From the human T2T-CHM13v2.0 reference genome, Homo sapiens, in NCBI RefSeq assembly GCF_009914755.1, contig NC_060940.1: a stretch of DNA of 64,000 bases; one strand, given 5' to 3'. Under the pieces are notes generated by a model. It did no database searches. It worked only from the letters and a program-made list of their open reading frames with translations, and was not told the DNA's origin. Below, piece by piece: positions 59,821 through 64,000 of the stretch. Within the stretch, counting starts at the first letter, position 1, and every line of letters starts with the position of its first letter. Made by a program: the position numbers and the translations under genes.

Positions 59821-61669
59821 TACGATCAGTTGCAATAATGTTTTACTTCCCCCACCATATGGACAGATACAAGCATTATTAAATGCTGCTACATGCTGAG
59901 TTGAATCTCAGGACACTCACAAGCCTGCTAGAGAAATGCCTTGAACACCTGAGCCTTCCTTCCTACCCTGGACTATTCCTGAAACCTGGCACTTCTTTCT
60001 CCTTGAAAGGAATGTGAAGCCATCCCTGTCTGTTATTAGCAAATTATGTTCCTGAATGGCTGTGCCAGGTCAGCAGGGCCTGGACTGTCAGAAATCATGG
60101 TTTGTGCTCAGCACCTGGCTGCACCAAAAAGGCCTCCTTTTCAGAGGAGAGCCCATGTGTCTAGGAGAAACTGCAAATGTTGGGAAGGATAGAAGATAAC
60201 TAAGAATGACCAAGCAATAAATCTGGGTCCTCTCCTACAGAGTATTTTCAGAGGATAGTGATCAAAATTCAGTGTTAACCCTTTAGTTAGAAACTTGAGG
60301 AGAGCTCAGAGCAGTGTTTGTTGACCACAATGACTGGAAGCATCTCAGGATTTTAATTGGGAAGGCTGTGTCTGTGCATGCCCATGAACCATCAGTGTTG
60401 GGAGCAGTACCCAGCTGGCTGTTCGCACTTCCCTCATCTTTCATCTTTTAACCCTCCCTATGGGAAACGTTGATGTCCACATGACATAACCACAGCACAA
60501 GACTGGAAGAAGAACACAGCCGTCCTGGGGTGGGAAGTGAGGGATTGCTGCAGGATCTATGAACTAAGCCTCAGCTTCCTCCTTAGAACATATCATTAAC
60601 AACACAGTTGACTGTGTAAGCCTGTGACCCCCTGAGACCATGGACCTCAGGACCACTAGGGCCCCAGACTTCACTTTGGCCAGCAAGGGAGACTGGAGTT
60701 CTTTCACTGGTGAGGAATAAACACCCTTATCTGGGGTTAGGAAAGCTCAGCAATGATTCATCAGCCATGGAGGAGAGGACACAATGAACCTGATAGATAA
60801 GTTGGTAGCATTCTGGGGTATTTCTACCTTAAAAAGAATTGATCAAGGAAATACATAGATGCAAGGAGCCCTAGTTCATAAATGTCAGTTATGATCATGG
60901 AATAAAGTTCTGCTGTAAATTTAAAGCTGCATCACAGTTCTCTCTTCCTAAATAAGAAACCAGCAGGAAAAGAAATTTTGAAGTCAGAGACAAGGATCCT
61001 GGGAGGATTCAAATCTAAGGTCAAGGATTGATCATTGGTTCTTAGAGGTAGAGTGAGGATATGATGTCCTGCCACCCTCAGTAGATTTGTAAATGCTATT
61101 CCTTGGACCTTGTCCCTCCTATATTGCTTGTTATTATCTTTTCACATTTTTCTCCATGTAGTCCTGATTCAGTTTCCGAGTTGAAACTATAAAACTACAA
61201 GATTCTAGAAGTTTGTCAAGAGAAACTCAGCAGGTGAAACACAAAGTGTATTCCATCCCGCCACAGCTGTAGAAAGGCACCTACAGTCCTAGGACAAGAA
61301 GTAGTCCCTGCAAGTGTTATTCTTGAAGATACCCAAACTTCTGAGATTTTCTATGCCCTGATAAAGTACCTTCAACATCTGAACCCTAGAAATTCTGAGT
61401 GGCTTTCTTTCCTCATTGGCCAGGTTAATGATCCTGAAATAAACATGTACACTGAGAAAGGTGGACTTGGGTGTCCCTTTCAGGAGCCAGAGAGAATGCC
61501 TGGTAATCTTCCTTTCTCCCACACACATTATACTGCTGACTCTGAAAGGTTGCTTATTTCAAGGGAAAATGTGAGACTTTGCATCTCATTTAATTAAATG
61601 CAGGAAGTGAAAAAAATCACACCTCTCAGGCTATAGTAGAAATGTGACTTTAATATCTACCATTTAGAA

Positions 61670-61700
61670 TGTGTGTGTGTGTGTGTGTGTGTAGATAGAT

Positions 61701-61745
<45 letters not shown>

Positions 61746-61755
61746 CAGATAGATA
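61670..61755. repeat. Compound microsatellite (TG)n(GATA)n
   Basis: Directly visible. Confidence 0.97.
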
Positions 61756-62459
61756 TTCCTCAATAGGTAAATAGAGGCTGTGGGAAAGAGCCATCAAATA
61801 AATTGAGCAGGATATTCCCCTCTTCTCTTGGTCTTCAGGAGATCCCAGAAAAATGCTTACAATGCACTTCTTCACATCAGAGCCACAGGAGCCAAATCAG
61901 AATTCTGGGTGCCCCAAGTGCATCTTGCTCCTGTAGTAGGAACTGCACCTGAGATAGTCTCAGGAGTTTGAGGTTTTTTTCCACCAATACATAACTGTAT
62001 GGTAGGGCCAGGTGGCTAGATGGAAGGGCTGGATGACCATAGGAAGCCTCCCCCAGAACCAGCCTTCCTATCTCAACTGCACTGTGTGCTCTAATGCTTG
62101 GTTAACCAACTGTACCCATGTGTCCCTGTCATGCGAGTGACCATTTAGCATCACTGCACTTCACAGAGGAGAAAACTATGTCCCACAGTGAGGTGACTCA
62201 GCGCAGTCACATGGCTGGTTACTGGTAGAGCTGGGATCCCATTACCAGCTCCCTGACTCCCTGAGCCCATGCATAGTCTGAAGCTTCATTGAGCTCTCAG
62301 GTGGTTCACACCTACCCGCCAGGGCACTGTCTTGCTCCTGGGATTCATGATAGTCAGTTTTCTTGGCCTTCAGTGTGTTGATGGACAACTGGGACTAGGA
62401 CTCAATTGCAAGACAGGTGCAACTGTTGCAGAATAGGTGGCTGCTGTAGGACAGAGAGG

Positions 62460-63128
62460 CAGCTGCAAGGCTACCAGAATCCACATTTCAGGTCTACCTC
62501 CCAGTTTCTGCCCAACAACTGAAGTCCTGGTGCTGCAACATTCACCACACAATATGACCAATCTGACCAGGTAGCAATGGTTACAGGCTCTCTGCAGCTG
62601 AGGTCAAGAAAGAGTTTGCCCCTGACCCTCACCTAGTTCTTGCCCAATTACAATTCCATGGCCTGGAATCGAGTTCCAAATTGCTCCTAGGGTTAATGGT
62701 TATAATTATTTGCAGCCAACTGCATCTACTGACTTACTGTGAATTCGTTGGACAAGAAGGAAGGGCATAATGCTGACAGTGTTTGTGTGGTTCATGCTAG
62801 AAGGGCCTTATGCATGGTTTAAGAGTGGCCCAGGGACCAGTCTTTGTGTCTTTGCACTTAACGACCTCCATTCTCCCCTCCAATTCCATCTAGGCCCAAA
62901 CCTGATCAGAATTGGGTTCAAACAGCTCGTCCTCCAGGAAGTTGTTCTTGACTCTAGTCACATACCCAGGCTGGCTCTAGCAATGGTGCTGTCACTGGTG
63001 CTGACTCTAGAGCTGGCCCTGGCCCTAACTCTAGAGAAGGTGGTAATCTCAGTGCTTTCCAGCTCCGTAGCTGTCCCTAGATCTGGTATTGGTGGTGTTG
63101 GTAGCTAGAGGGCTGGCTTTAAAGATGC
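62460..63128 (-). pseudogene. RALGDS/RGL4-like upstream exon relics (Pro/Glu-rich linker and start of RasGEF)
   Basis: After 'tacacag|' the frameshifted reading is ASLKPAL*LPTPP, PPSLELGPGPALESAPVTAPLLEPA, VKNNFLEDEL, ILIRFGPR. A weaker second relic ends ..EMWILVAL (cf. EHWIEVA). Confidence 0.6.
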
Positions 63129-63639
63129 CTGTGTATCTAGATCCAGCACGACAGCTGGAAGATGAGAAAGGTTCACCAACCTAAACCACTTTCTACATAC
63201 CACTGCAAACAGAGACAAGATCTCACTCCTTTTAAGGAAACTCTTAGCCTAAAAACCCACTCCCAGAAGGTCTTCCAGATTATAGTCCACCCTATTCTCT
63301 CACTCTGCCACAATGAGCTTCTAATGTCCCCCCAGGCAAAGAAAAGGTGTTCATGGCTTTCTAGAAATTGTATGAACCTACTAGAAATTTATCTTCAGGT
63401 ATAATGTTACCAGTCATAATTTTGGTTATTATTTTTAATTAATGTATGCCACAGAAGTAATAAAATTTTCTTGACAATTTCATTATCATGAACTCTTATC
63501 AGATATTTAACAATGGTCATGTTAAATCTTTTGTCATCCAGAGACAGTTAATTGCTTTACTCTTATGCTTTTTGAAAAGCCTTAGTAGCTACTCTGTCTT
63601 CAAAGAGATTCATGGAAAAGACTATGAGTAGTACAAGGT

Positions 63640-63768
63640 AATTTTTTTAAAAGAGACCCTATCTCAGTATGTTTTCCAGGCTGACCTTGAATGCCTGGCC
63701 TCAAGCAATCTTTCCACCTCAGCCTCTCAAAACATTGGACCATAGGTGTGAACCACCACACTTGGCCA
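63640..63768 (-). mobile_element. Alu monomer (FLAM-like)
   Basis: 'ccaggctgaccttgaatgcctggcctcaagcaatc...gtgtgaaccaccacacttggcc'. Confidence 0.8.
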
Positions 63769-64000
63769 GTAGTACAGTCTTCTTATAGCTTTAACATCCT
63801 ACCTTTGGACTGAGTAAGAATTATCAGAACTCTAATGAAGAAACTAATTGGTTTATTGAGCTGCCAATCAAACATCAATCAGAACAAGTATTAATCACAT
63901 GTTACTGAGTAAACTGATGAAAAAGAATTATGGGTTTTTCAAATGATAGTTTTGTATAAAACATTGCTATTTCTTTAATGTTTTGTTTTCTATGTATAAA

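Overview
Primate (human/great-ape-like) genomic DNA: a pseudogene- and repeat-rich segmental-duplication mosaic with no intact host protein-coding gene. Left to right: a GC-rich duplicon (1-4.7 kb) plus a ~70-bp SATR-like satellite (4.7-8.3 kb); three retrocopies (C2orf69 -, AGGF1 -, RARRES2 +); a 4-exon disabled FRG2-family gene (+); a near full-length L1PA2/PA3-type LINE-1 (-); old L1/MaLR/Alu/Tigger elements; a multi-exon RALGDS/RGL4-like RasGEF pseudogene (-, 44.8-47.8 kb, with further exons at 62.5-63.1 kb); a second diverged copy of the duplicon and satellite (45.5-54.4 kb); and an orphan C2H2 zinc-finger exon (+). The gene combination suggests a 16p11.2-p11.1-type pericentromeric paralog of the FRG2 cassette near D4Z4 (inference from recalled annotation, not verified). 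I see no evidence of a new functional system. The most notable under-explained structures are the spliced RGL4-like relic woven through the duplicon, a 61-bp inverted repeat enclosing a minisatellite at an LTR breakpoint, and an internally deleted AGGF1 retrocopy. All homology calls come from recalled sequences, not database searches, and repeat boundaries are approximate.
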